From Polyangiales bacterium (lineage in GTDB: Bacteria > Myxococcota_A > Polyangia > Polyangiales > Ga0077539), in the NCBI GenBank assembly GCA_044376155.1, contig JBILLI010000002.1, positions 1 through 51,465 on the forward strand: a stretch of DNA of 51,465 bases, in the 5' to 3' direction. Below the pieces are notes generated by a model. It was not told the DNA's origin, did no database searches, and saw only the letters and a list, made by a program, of their open reading frames with translations. This document shows positions 24,026-31,972 of the stretch, piece after piece (positions within the stretch are counted from its first letter, which is position 1; every line of letters starts with the position of its first letter). The translations under genes and the position numbers were made by a program.

Positions 24026-26671
24026 GTGAAGAACCCGGTCAAGTTCGGGAAGTACTACCTGCTGGAGCGGATCTCCGTCGGGGGGATGGCGGAGGTCTTC
24101 AAGGCGAAGTCCTTCGGAGAGGCGGGGTTCGAGCGTCTCGTCGCGGTCAAGCGCATCCTGCCGTCCATCGCCGAGGACCAGGAGTTCATCGCGATGTTCG
24201 TCGACGAGGCGAAGCTCGCGGTGCAGCTCACGCACCCGAACATCGCGCAGATCTTCGAGCTGGGTAAGGTCGCGGAGACCTACTTCATCGCCCTCGAGTA
24301 CGTAGGCGGCAAGGACCTGCGCGCGATCTTCGAGCGCGCGAAGAAGCGCGGCGAGACCATCCCCGTGCCCATGGCCTGCTACCTGGTCATGAAGCTCTGC
24401 GAGGGGCTCGACTACGCGCACAACAAGAAGGATGCCGCTGGCCGCGCGCTGGAGCTGGTGCACCGCGACGTCTCCCCGCAGAACATCCTCGTCTCGTACG
24501 ACGGGGACGTGAAGCTCATTGATTTTGGAATCGCCAAGGCCGCGAGCAAGAGCTCGAAGACCCAGGCGGGGATCCTCAAGGGCAAGTTCGGGTACATGTC
24601 CCCCGAGCAGGTGCGGGGCCTGCAGGTCGATCGCCGCAGCGACGTGTTCGCCGTGGGCATCTGCCTCTACGAGCTGCTCACGATGGAGCGGCTGTTCGTC
24701 GGCGAGTCCGACTTCTCCACCCTGGAGAAGGTGCGCAACGTCGAGATCATGCCGCCCACGAGCTACAACCGAAAGGTCCCCGACGAGCTCGAGGCCATCG
24801 TGCTCAAGGCCCTCGCGAAGCACCCCGAGGACCGCTACCGCACGGCCATGGACCTGCACGACGACCTGCAATCGTTCATGTACACGTCCGGGAATTTCTT
24901 CGCCCGCAAGGACCTCTCGGCCTACCAGCACCGGCTCTTCGCCGAGGAGATCGCCAAAGAGGCCGCGCGTGACGACGAGTACCGCAAGTTTGACTCCAAC
25001 CGCGCGAGCGACCTTGAAGAGCTGGAGGTGAGCGTGTCGTCCCCCAACGGTCCTCCCCCGCCCCTGCCGTCTCGCGGTGCGCCGCCTCCTCCCGGTGCCC
25101 TTCGCAGCCCGCCGCCGCCGCCGCCGCGGGGTCCTCGGAGCACGGCGATGGGGGTCGGGCCGTCGGCCTCGGCGCCGCCCAAAACCCCCGCGCCGGCAGC
25201 ACCCCCGCCCATGGCGAAGCTCCAGCCCTCGGCACCGCCCGCGCCCGCCGCGATGGCCGCCCCGCCCCCCGCCATGCCCATCGAAGAGGCGGAGATGGAA
25301 TGGGACGACGAAGAGCTCGCGACCCAGGTCTACGACAAGCCCGAGTCCATTCGCGACGCCGCCGCGGCGATGCGCGCGCCGCCTCCCGCGGCCCGTCCTG
25401 CCGCCGCGCGCGCCGCCGCGGCCTCGGCCAGCGGTCGCGGGAGCGCGATGCCTTCGCTGCCGTCACTCCCCTCGTCGGGCGGGCTCCCGTCGCTGCCGTC
25501 GGCCCGCGTTTCGGGCGTGGCCGCACCGCCGCCCGCCTCGTCGCTCCCGGCCGCACCCGCCTCGTCGCTCCCGGTGGCCGCGCCCGCCGTCGCCGCACCC
25601 CCGCCGCCGGCGCCCCCTCCGGCGATTGCGCCCCCGATGCCCGCGCCCACGCCGCGGCCTGATCCCTTCACCAGCGTGCCGCCGGGCTTCACGGGGCCCT
25701 CGGTGTCCCCTGCCCCCGCGCAGGCGCCGTATCGATTGAGCGGCCCCGCGGCCGCTCCCCGCGAGTCGGCGCGCCCCGACAGCCGCAAGAAGGACAACTC
25801 CCAGACCTACGTCCTCGCTGGCCTCGGCATCGTCGCGATCGCCGCCGCAGTGGTCATCGGGCTGAAGCTCACCCGCGGCGAGAGCACGGGCGGCCTGCTC
25901 ATCACCACCAACGTCGGCGGCGTGAGCGTGAGCATCGACAGCCTGCCCCAGATCGGCAACGGGCAGAGCTTCACGGTGACCGACCTCCCGGTGAACCGCG
26001 TGCACCGGGTCGAGGTGCGCAAGACCGGCTTCCGCACGTACACCCAGGATGTGCCCGTGCGCGATGGCCAGATCACCCCGATGCAGGTGGTGCTTGAGCC
26101 CGAGCCCTCCCAGCTCGCGGTGCCGCCGCTGCCGACCACCGACCCGAACGGCACGAACGTGGCGATGAACCCGCCGCAGGTGCAGCAGCTCACCCCGCCG
26201 CCTGCGCCCGAGGTTCCGGCGGTCGCCGCCCCTGCGCCTCCGCCTGCGGTCGCGCCGCCCGCCCCGGTGGTCGCGCCGCCTGCGCCCGCGGTGGTCGCCC
26301 CTCCCCCGGCTCCGACCGCCGTCGCCGCTGCGACGCGCACGGTGCGTCGGCCTCCGCGGGTCGAGCGCCCGGCCGCGCCCGAGCCGTCGACCGAGCCCGC
26401 ACCGCCTCGACGTCCCGTAACCGCGCCGGCGGCCGCGGCAACGGCCTCGGGCGGCGGCGGCGAGGGAACCTTGCTGCTCTCCACCCGCCCGGCGTCGCAG
26501 TGCACGATCGCCGGTCGGGGCGGCCCCTTCTCCACCCCCCGGCGCCTCTCGCTGCCCGCAGGCAGCTATCGAGTCTCCTGCGTGAACGAAGACATGAACT
26601 CCCGCGCGACCTTCTCGGTGACGATCGTGGCGGGGGAGACGGCGTCGTTCCTCAATCGCCCGCTGGAGTGA
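24026..26671 (+). CDS. Membrane-anchored Ser/Thr protein kinase with extracytoplasmic PEGA-like domains.
   Basis: The GTG start at 24026 has the RBS GAGGAG at 24011-24016. Hanks motifs are GGMAEVFKA, VAVKRIL, HRDVSPQNIL, DFGIAKA and SPEQ. A long Pro/Ala linker is followed by the TM helix TYVLAGLGIVAIAAAVVIGLKL. There are two PEGA-like segments (LLITTNVGGVSVSID...GFRTYTQDV and LLLSTRPASQCTIAG...SYRVSCV). Confidence 0.9.
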   Translation: MKNPVKFGKYYLLERISVGGMAEVFKAKSFGEAGFERLVAVKRILPSIAEDQEFIAMFVDEAKLAVQLTHPNIAQIFELGKVAETYFIALEYVGGKDLRAIFERAKKRGETIPVPMACYLVMKLCEGLDYAHNKKDAAGRALELVHRDVSPQNILVSYDGDVKLIDFGIAKAASKSSKTQAGILKGKFGYMSPEQVRGLQVDRRSDVFAVGICLYELLTMERLFVGESDFSTLEKVRNVEIMPPTSYNRKVPDELEAIVLKALAKHPEDRYRTAMDLHDDLQSFMYTSGNFFARKDLSAYQHRLFAEEIAKEAARDDEYRKFDSNRASDLEELEVSVSSPNGPPPPLPSRGAPPPPGALRSPPPPPPRGPRSTAMGVGPSASAPPKTPAPAAPPPMAKLQPSAPPAPAAMAAPPPAMPIEEAEMEWDDEELATQVYDKPESIRDAAAAMRAPPPAARPAAARAAAASASGRGSAMPSLPSLPSSGGLPSLPSARVSGVAAPPPASSLPAAPASSLPVAAPAVAAPPPPAPPPAIAPPMPAPTPRPDPFTSVPPGFTGPSVSPAPAQAPYRLSGPAAAPRESARPDSRKKDNSQTYVLAGLGIVAIAAAVVIGLKLTRGESTGGLLITTNVGGVSVSIDSLPQIGNGQSFTVTDLPVNRVHRVEVRKTGFRTYTQDVPVRDGQITPMQVVLEPEPSQLAVPPLPTTDPNGTNVAMNPPQVQQLTPPPAPEVPAVAAPAPPPAVAPPAPVVAPPAPAVVAPPPAPTAVAAATRTVRRPPRVERPAAPEPSTEPAPPRRPVTAPAAAATASGGGGEGTLLLSTRPASQCTIAGRGGPFSTPRRLSLPAGSYRVSCVNEDMNSRATFSVTIVAGETASFLNRPLE

Positions 26672-27497
26672 TCGCTCGCCGACGCAGCGGCGTGTCGGCA
26701 ACGAACACGTAGAGCGACGGCGACATCCAGGGCGCCTCAGCGCGGCGCCGTCCATCGAGCAGGCGGAGCGTCGGCGTCAGGGTGTCGGGCCCGGCGTGGG
26801 CGCGTTGGAGCGCGTCGAGTCGCTCGCTGATTCGTTGCCGGAGCGCGGCGTCTTCGACGCGGAACATCGTGCTCTGCAGCAGGTCGATGGCCGCGCCGTG
26901 CCGACCCGCCTCGGCGAGCAGGTTCGTGGCGGCGAGGGGCATCCACCCCGGGCCCCACCCCGACTCACAGGCGAAGCGCAGAGACTCGGCGCCCTCGCTC
27001 CGCACGCGGCGATACTCTTCGCTGCGGGCGGGGAGCTGCGGCGCGAGCTCGAAGGCGAGGTAGATCCCGAGCTGACCGTGGAGCTCCGGGTCATCGGGGA
27101 TCCGCGCGATGCCCTGCCGAAGGAGCGCCACCGCGTCGCGCAGGTCGTCGACGGTGACCGAGGCCGAGCGGTACGCGAGCGCGAGGGCGCCCCACAGGTA
27201 GGCCTGACGGAACTTCGGGTCGAGCTCCGTCATGGTGCGCGAGTAGCTCCGGAGGTACCGCGACGGGAGGCGCGCGTGCAGGGTGTCGGAGTAGTACAGC
27301 AGCGCGTTGATCCAGAGCACGTCGACCATCCACTCGGTGTGCCCGAGCGAGACGAGCCGCGCGACCATCGGGCGCGGGATCTGCGCGTCGTCGAGCACGC
27401 GCCGGGCGCGGTCATGGCGCTGGTTCTGGTCGATCCGAAGGCCTTGCGCGGCGGCGAAGAGCGCGACCCCAAGCGCGATGCTGAGCGCGCGTCGCAC
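26652..27497 (-). CDS. Hypothetical secreted or anchored helical-repeat (TPR-like) protein.
   Basis: 281 aa. The N-terminal hydrophobic segment is MRRALSIALGVALFAAAQG. The start lies 4 nt after the pilin stop, on the same strand. The composition is helical-repeat-like. I recognise no family. Confidence 0.6.
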   Translation of the reverse strand: MRRALSIALGVALFAAAQGLRIDQNQRHDRARRVLDDAQIPRPMVARLVSLGHTEWMVDVLWINALLYYSDTLHARLPSRYLRSYSRTMTELDPKFRQAYLWGALALAYRSASVTVDDLRDAVALLRQGIARIPDDPELHGQLGIYLAFELAPQLPARSEEYRRVRSEGAESLRFACESGWGPGWMPLAATNLLAEAGRHGAAIDLLQSTMFRVEDAALRQRISERLDALQRAHAGPDTLTPTLRLLDGRRRAEAPWMSPSLYVFVADTPLRRRAITPAGD

Positions 27498-27500
27498 CGG

Positions 27501-28061
27501 TCACTCGTACTCGTTGGTGTACTGCACCGAGTTCCCGTTGCCCGAGAAGATCCGGTAGGTCGACAGGGTGGAGTCGCCGTCGAGGTTGCCGTAGGCCTCA
27601 AGCACGTACCAGAGGTCCTGGTTCGGCGAGGTCGACCAGCTGCTCACGCCCGGCGGGGCGTTCGAGGGCAGACCCGCGAGGGCGACGTAGCGGTAGCGCA
27701 CGAACCCGAGCGGGCGGTACCCGAGCTGAAGCCACTCGGCGGGCACGCCCGACGAGAAGTCCGCGGGTTGACCCGCGGCCGTGGTGGGCCAGGCGTTGGT
27801 CACGCCGAGGCTCGTGGGCGGCGAGCCCGAGCTCGCGCCGGCGGAGCAGTACACCGAGAACTCGGAGCGATACGCCTGCTGCCGCGAGGCGATGGTCGCG
27901 AGCTGGGTCGTGGCCTCCTGCGCGCGGCTGCGCCTGATGTAGACCGAGTACGAGATCCCTGCGATGCCCGCGAGCACGCCGAGGATCACCACCACGATCA
28001 TGAGCTCCACGAGCGACATGCCGCGTGAAGCGCTTCGAAGGCGAGAGATGGTCGGGCGCAT
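27501..28061 (-). CDS. Type IV pilin-like protein (prepilin-type N-terminal cleavage/methylation domain).
   Basis: The N-terminus is MRPTISRLRSASRG|MSLVELMIVVVILGVLAGIAGISY, which gives the G/-1, E/+5 class III signal. The product is 186 aa. The RBS is GAGGAG, and a sigma-54-type promoter lies upstream. Confidence 0.8.
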   Translation of the reverse strand: MRPTISRLRSASRGMSLVELMIVVVILGVLAGIAGISYSVYIRRSRAQEATTQLATIASRQQAYRSEFSVYCSAGASSGSPPTSLGVTNAWPTTAAGQPADFSSGVPAEWLQLGYRPLGFVRYRYVALAGLPSNAPPGVSSWSTSPNQDLWYVLEAYGNLDGDSTLSTYRIFSGNGNSVQYTNEYE

Positions 28062-28094
28062 GGAGACTCCTCGCGGTGGGGGACGACCTGAGAC

Positions 28095-28109
28095 GCTGTC
28101 AGACTGCCA
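28095..28109 (-). promoter_or_regulatory. Candidate sigma-54 (-24/-12) promoter for the pilin gene.
   Basis: The minus strand reads TGGCAG-TCTGA-CAGC, with GG and GC in the canonical TGGCAC-N5-TTGC spacing. It lies 34 nt upstream of the pilin ATG (28061) and directly downstream of a sigma-54 activator gene. Confidence 0.5.
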
Positions 28110-28139
28110 GAAACCGCGCCCCGTGGGGAGGGGTACCGC

Positions 28140-29555
28140 TCAGCCCTCGGCCTCGGGATCGATCTCGCCTTCGACCGTCATCCCCAGCTTCTGGAGGCGG
28201 TACCGCAGCGAGCGGAACGAGAGCCCGAGGGTCTGCGCGGCCTTCGTGCGAACGCCCCGCGAGCGCTCGAGGGCCTGACGAATGAGGGAGCGCTCGATGC
28301 GCTCAAGCGTGGCCTCGAGGTCGATCCCCTCGGGCGGGAGCGCGACCTCGCCCCGGGCGGGGAGCTGCGCCCCCAGGATCTCGGGCGGCAGGTCGTCGAG
28401 GGTGATGGTGCTGGTGCGCGCGAGGAGGACGGCGCTCTCGATGGCGTGCTGGAGCTGTCGCACGTTGCCGGGCCACTCGTGGCTCACCAGGGCGCGCATC
28501 GCCTCGGGGCTGAACGCGATGAGCGAGCGCCCCTGCTCGTTCGCGAAGCGCGCGCGAAAATGCTCGATGAGCACCGGGAGGTCGTCGCGCCGCTCGCGCA
28601 GCGAAGGGAGCTGCACGCGGAGGACGTTGAGCCGCCAGAAGAGGTCCTCGCGAAAGATCTTCTCCTTCACCATCTGCCCGAGGTCGCGGTTCGTCGCCGC
28701 GACGATGCGCACGTCGACGGGGATCTCCGCCGTGCCCCCCACGGGCCGCACCTTGCGCTCCTGCAGCGCCCGCAGGAGCTTCACCTGCAGCACCAGCGGG
28801 ATCTCGCCCACCTCGTCGAGGAAGAGCGTGCCGCCGTCGGCCTCGCGGAACACCCCGAGGCTCTTCTTGTCGGCGCCCGTGAACGAGCCCTTTTCGTGCC
28901 CGAAGAGCTCGCTCTCCATGAGGTTCTCGGGGATCGCCCCGCAGTTCAGCACGAGGAACTTCCCGTCGCGACGGTCGCTGCCCTGGTGCACCGCGCGCGC
29001 GAAGAGCTCCTTGCCCGTGCCGCTCTCGCCCGTGATGAGCACGCTGGCGCGGGTGGGCGCCGCGCGCTTCACGAACTCCATCGCCGCGAGGAAGGGCGCG
29101 CTGCGGCCGATGAGCGGCGAAGACTCCGAGGTGAGCCCCCGGGTGAGCGTGCGCAGCGCGGCGTTGTCTTTGAGCAGCGCGCGCTTCTCCAGCGCCTTCT
29201 CGACCACGGCGCGGGCGGTGGCCACGCTCAGCGGTTTCTCCAGGTAGCCGTAGGCGCCCCGGCGCATCGCCTCCACCGCGGTCTCGACCGAGCCGTGCGC
29301 CGTCACCAGCAGCACCTGCGTGTTCTCGGACACACGCCGCGCGTGGTCGAGCACCTGCAGCCCGTTCCCGTCGGCCATCATCAGGTCGGTCATGATGAGG
29401 TCGAAGGGGCCGACGCCTGACGTGATCAGCTCCGACGCCTCGGCGACCCCGGACGCGAGCTGCACGTCGTGGCCGAGCCGCCGCAGCAGCACGTCCATCA
29501 TCTGCCGCAGAGAGGACTCGTCGTCGACGACGAGGATGCGGGCCGCGCTGGTCAT
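28140..29555 (-). CDS. Sigma-54-dependent response regulator (NtrC/PilR family).
   Basis: 471 aa. The receiver is ILVVDDESSLRQ...DLIMTDLMM. The AAA+ domain has GESGTGKELFARAVH, ESELFGHEKGSFTGA and the R-finger region. The C-terminal Fis-type HTH is KAAQTLGLSFRSLRYRLQKLG. Confidence 0.92.
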   Translation of the reverse strand: MTSAARILVVDDESSLRQMMDVLLRRLGHDVQLASGVAEASELITSGVGPFDLIMTDLMMADGNGLQVLDHARRVSENTQVLLVTAHGSVETAVEAMRRGAYGYLEKPLSVATARAVVEKALEKRALLKDNAALRTLTRGLTSESSPLIGRSAPFLAAMEFVKRAAPTRASVLITGESGTGKELFARAVHQGSDRRDGKFLVLNCGAIPENLMESELFGHEKGSFTGADKKSLGVFREADGGTLFLDEVGEIPLVLQVKLLRALQERKVRPVGGTAEIPVDVRIVAATNRDLGQMVKEKIFREDLFWRLNVLRVQLPSLRERRDDLPVLIEHFRARFANEQGRSLIAFSPEAMRALVSHEWPGNVRQLQHAIESAVLLARTSTITLDDLPPEILGAQLPARGEVALPPEGIDLEATLERIERSLIRQALERSRGVRTKAAQTLGLSFRSLRYRLQKLGMTVEGEIDPEAEG

Positions 29556-29589
29556 CGCCGCGGAGTCTACCGAAACGCCGCGACCAGCG

Positions 29590-30309
29590 TTACCGCTTGC
29601 GCAGCACGGCCACGAGGAAGCCGCCGAAGCGCGCGAGGGGCGAGCGCAGCGCGAGGTGCTCCGCGCGGCTGAGCACGGCGCCGAGCACGGGCACCGACAC
29701 CGCCCGCGCCATCGGGGTGAACACCCGCACGCCGCGAAAGCCCTCGAGCGAGAGCGTCGGCGGCAGCAGCGCGGGGATGTCGCGCGGCGCGTCGAAGCGC
29801 GTGTAGACCTCGGCCTCGGTGCGGGTCGCCGAGATCTTCCCCGCCCCGCCGAGGCGCTTCACGAGGTAGCGCACGCTCTGCGGGTTGTAGAACTCGGCCA
29901 GCACCACGCCGCCGGGCGCGCAGACCCGCGCCATCTCGGCCAGCGCCTCGCGGATCTCGGGCACGTGCGCGAGCACCTTGAACGAGTAGACGAGGTCGAA
30001 GCTCGCGTCGTCGAAGGGCAGCTTCGTCGCGAGGCCCTCGCACACGTCGAGGCCGCGCTCGCGGGCCTTCGCGAGCATCCCGGGGGAGATGTCGATGCCC
30101 TTCGCCTGCGACGCCACGGCCGCCACGCGCTGCAGGATCAACCCGGTGCCGCAGCCGACCTCCAGGGCGCGACGCCCCTCGGCGAAGGGCCGCGCGACCG
30201 CGACCTCGAGGTCGTCGATGAGCTGGTGATACCCGCGCCCCCGCTCCTTCTCGTACCAGCCAGAGAAGTCGTCGTAGTAGGCGCGCGTGGCCTCGTCGCG
30301 AGCTTGCAT
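29590..30309 (-). CDS. Class I SAM-dependent methyltransferase.
   Basis: 239 aa. Motif I is ALEVGCGTGLILQ, followed by DISPGMLAKA and FDLVYSFKVLAHV. Confidence 0.82.
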   Translation of the reverse strand: MQARDEATRAYYDDFSGWYEKERGRGYHQLIDDLEVAVARPFAEGRRALEVGCGTGLILQRVAAVASQAKGIDISPGMLAKARERGLDVCEGLATKLPFDDASFDLVYSFKVLAHVPEIREALAEMARVCAPGGVVLAEFYNPQSVRYLVKRLGGAGKISATRTEAEVYTRFDAPRDIPALLPPTLSLEGFRGVRVFTPMARAVSVPVLGAVLSRAEHLALRSPLARFGGFLVAVLRKR

Positions 30310-30320
30310 GGCGCGCGCCT

Positions 30321-31433
30321 CTAGCGCGGAACCGCCGCGGCCGCAACGTTCCCACGGTCGGCGCGGAGCGAGTCGTAGAGGGACTCGTAGCGCCCGGCCA
30401 CGGTCGAGGGCGCGCAGTGTTGCCGCACCCAGCGCGCGCCCGACGCAGCCATGGCCGCGCGGCGGTCGGAGTCATCGCGCAGCGCGGTGATCCGGGCCGC
30501 CAGGGCTGCGCCGTCGCCCGTCGGGAGCACCTCGGCGCCGCCGCTCTCGCCCAGCGTCTCTGCGGGCGTGCCCGCGCCGACCATCACCGGCACGCCCAGC
30601 AGCAGAGATTCCAGGAGCACCAGCGGGAGGTCCATCTTGGCGTGGAGGGTGTTGACCACGAGGGCAGTGCAGAGCGCGCCGGCCACGACCGCGTGGATGT
30701 CTCGCAGCTCGCCGAGCATCACCAGCGACGCTCCCCTCGCCCGCGCGTCTCGCTCCAGCGCCGCGGCCGACTCCTTCGCCCGGGGGGTCTTGGGACGCGA
30801 TGCGACCACGAAGCCCACCCCCTTCACCCCCCGGCACGCGGCGTCGAGAAAGGTCGCGGCGCCGTCACTGAACTCCAGGTCGCCGGGGTACAGCACATAG
30901 GTCTCGGGGAGCCGGTGCTCCGCCCGCGCCCGCGCCACCGCGTCCGGGTCGACATGGACGGGCGCCTGCGCCGGGAGGATCACCGTCGCGTCGACCCCAC
31001 ACGCCCGCAGCCGCCGCGCCGTGTGCTCGCTCAGCGCCACCACCCGGTCGGCGAAGAGGAAGCGGGCCACGCGCTCGAGGTCATCCGGCGCGGACGCGAC
31101 GGTGTGCACCGTGGGAACCCGACGCAGCGCCGCGGCGACCCGACCCGCGCGAAGGGTCAGCGGGTTGGGCGAGAAGAAGAAGTGCCAGAGGTCCTTGCGA
31201 GAGCCCGTGAGGAGCCGCCCGAGGACCCGCGCGTTGGCGAGGCGCGACGGCGCGTAGCGACCGACGTCGGGGTAGATCCCCTCGCTCGATACCCCCGGGA
31301 GCGCCACGCCCGCGGGGGTCATCACCGTCGGGCTCCAGCGCGTCATGGCGCCCGCGAGGTCGCGCACCAGGTTCTTGTTCGAGTCCGTCCACGGCGGCGC
31401 GATGGGCTTGGAGATCAGCAGGACCTCGGGCAT
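30321..31433 (-). CDS. GT-B fold glycosyltransferase (GT4-like).
   Basis: 370 aa. The C-terminal half has LPLVLLESLLLGVPVMV, an E-x7-E-like region typical of GT4/GT1-family enzymes. Confidence 0.75.
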   Translation of the reverse strand: MPEVLLISKPIAPPWTDSNKNLVRDLAGAMTRWSPTVMTPAGVALPGVSSEGIYPDVGRYAPSRLANARVLGRLLTGSRKDLWHFFFSPNPLTLRAGRVAAALRRVPTVHTVASAPDDLERVARFLFADRVVALSEHTARRLRACGVDATVILPAQAPVHVDPDAVARARAEHRLPETYVLYPGDLEFSDGAATFLDAACRGVKGVGFVVASRPKTPRAKESAAALERDARARGASLVMLGELRDIHAVVAGALCTALVVNTLHAKMDLPLVLLESLLLGVPVMVGAGTPAETLGESGGAEVLPTGDGAALAARITALRDDSDRRAAMAASGARWVRQHCAPSTVAGRYESLYDSLRADRGNVAAAAVPR

Positions 31434-31492
31434 GCGCCGACGCCTAGCACGATCCGTTGACGGGGGGCCCTGCGGTCCGTAGCGTCGCGACG

Positions 31493-31969
31493 ATGTCGGG
31501 AGACGAGAAGCACGCCACCCCCCCCGGCGACGGGGGGCGCGACCGCGACGGGCTCCTGGAGCGCATCGTCAAGCGCGGCATCGAGTCAGGCATTGGCGCC
31601 TTCTCGAAGAGCGAAGACACCCTCCGGGGGGTGATCGAGAACCTCAAGCTCCCGCGCGACGTGACCAGCGTGGTGCTCGAGCAGGTCGACGAGACCAAGA
31701 AGGGCATCTACACGGTCGTCGCGAAGGAGCTGCGGGATTTTCTCAGCACCACGAACTTCGCGGGCGACGTGAAGAAGATCCTCACGGGCCTCGCGTTCGA
31801 GGTGAAGATGGAGGTGCGCTTCAAGAGCGTCGACGACACCGTGCGCCCCGACGTGAAGGCCGACGCGTCGCTCAAGCCCACCCGCCGCCGCGCGAAGGAA
31901 GACCCCGAGCGCGCGAAGGAAGACCCCGAGCGCCCGCGCTCCGAATCGCCGCCGTCGCGCGAGGAGTGA
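31493..31969 (+). CDS. Hypothetical protein (158 aa) with a charged C-terminal tail.
   Basis: The ATG is at 31493; the ORF track begins at a TTG at 31457. GC3 bias is good. I recognise no family. The tail contains a duplicated AKEDPER. Confidence 0.6.
   Translation: MSGDEKHATPPGDGGRDRDGLLERIVKRGIESGIGAFSKSEDTLRGVIENLKLPRDVTSVVLEQVDETKKGIYTVVAKELRDFLSTTNFAGDVKKILTGLAFEVKMEVRFKSVDDTVRPDVKADASLKPTRRRAKEDPERAKEDPERPRSESPPSREE
31892..31933 (+). repeat. Perfect 21-bp tandem duplication (GCGAAGGAAGACCCCGAGCGC x2).
   Basis: The units at 31892-31912 and 31913-31933 are identical, in frame, and encode AKEDPER twice. Confidence 0.95.
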
Positions 31970-31972
31970 CGG

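Noticed and set aside
23003-24931. 642-aa minus-strand ORF; the same applies to 17478..19487 (+), 13576..15147 (-), 13854..14852 (-), 4066..5358 (+), 5469..6869 (+), 42420..43751 (+), 45249..46529 (+), 47126..48625 (-) and 49459..50454 (-).
   Set aside because: All are antisense or alternative frames of genes with strong motif support. None contains a recognisable domain, and all show the biased Arg/Gly/Pro/Ala composition of non-coding frames.
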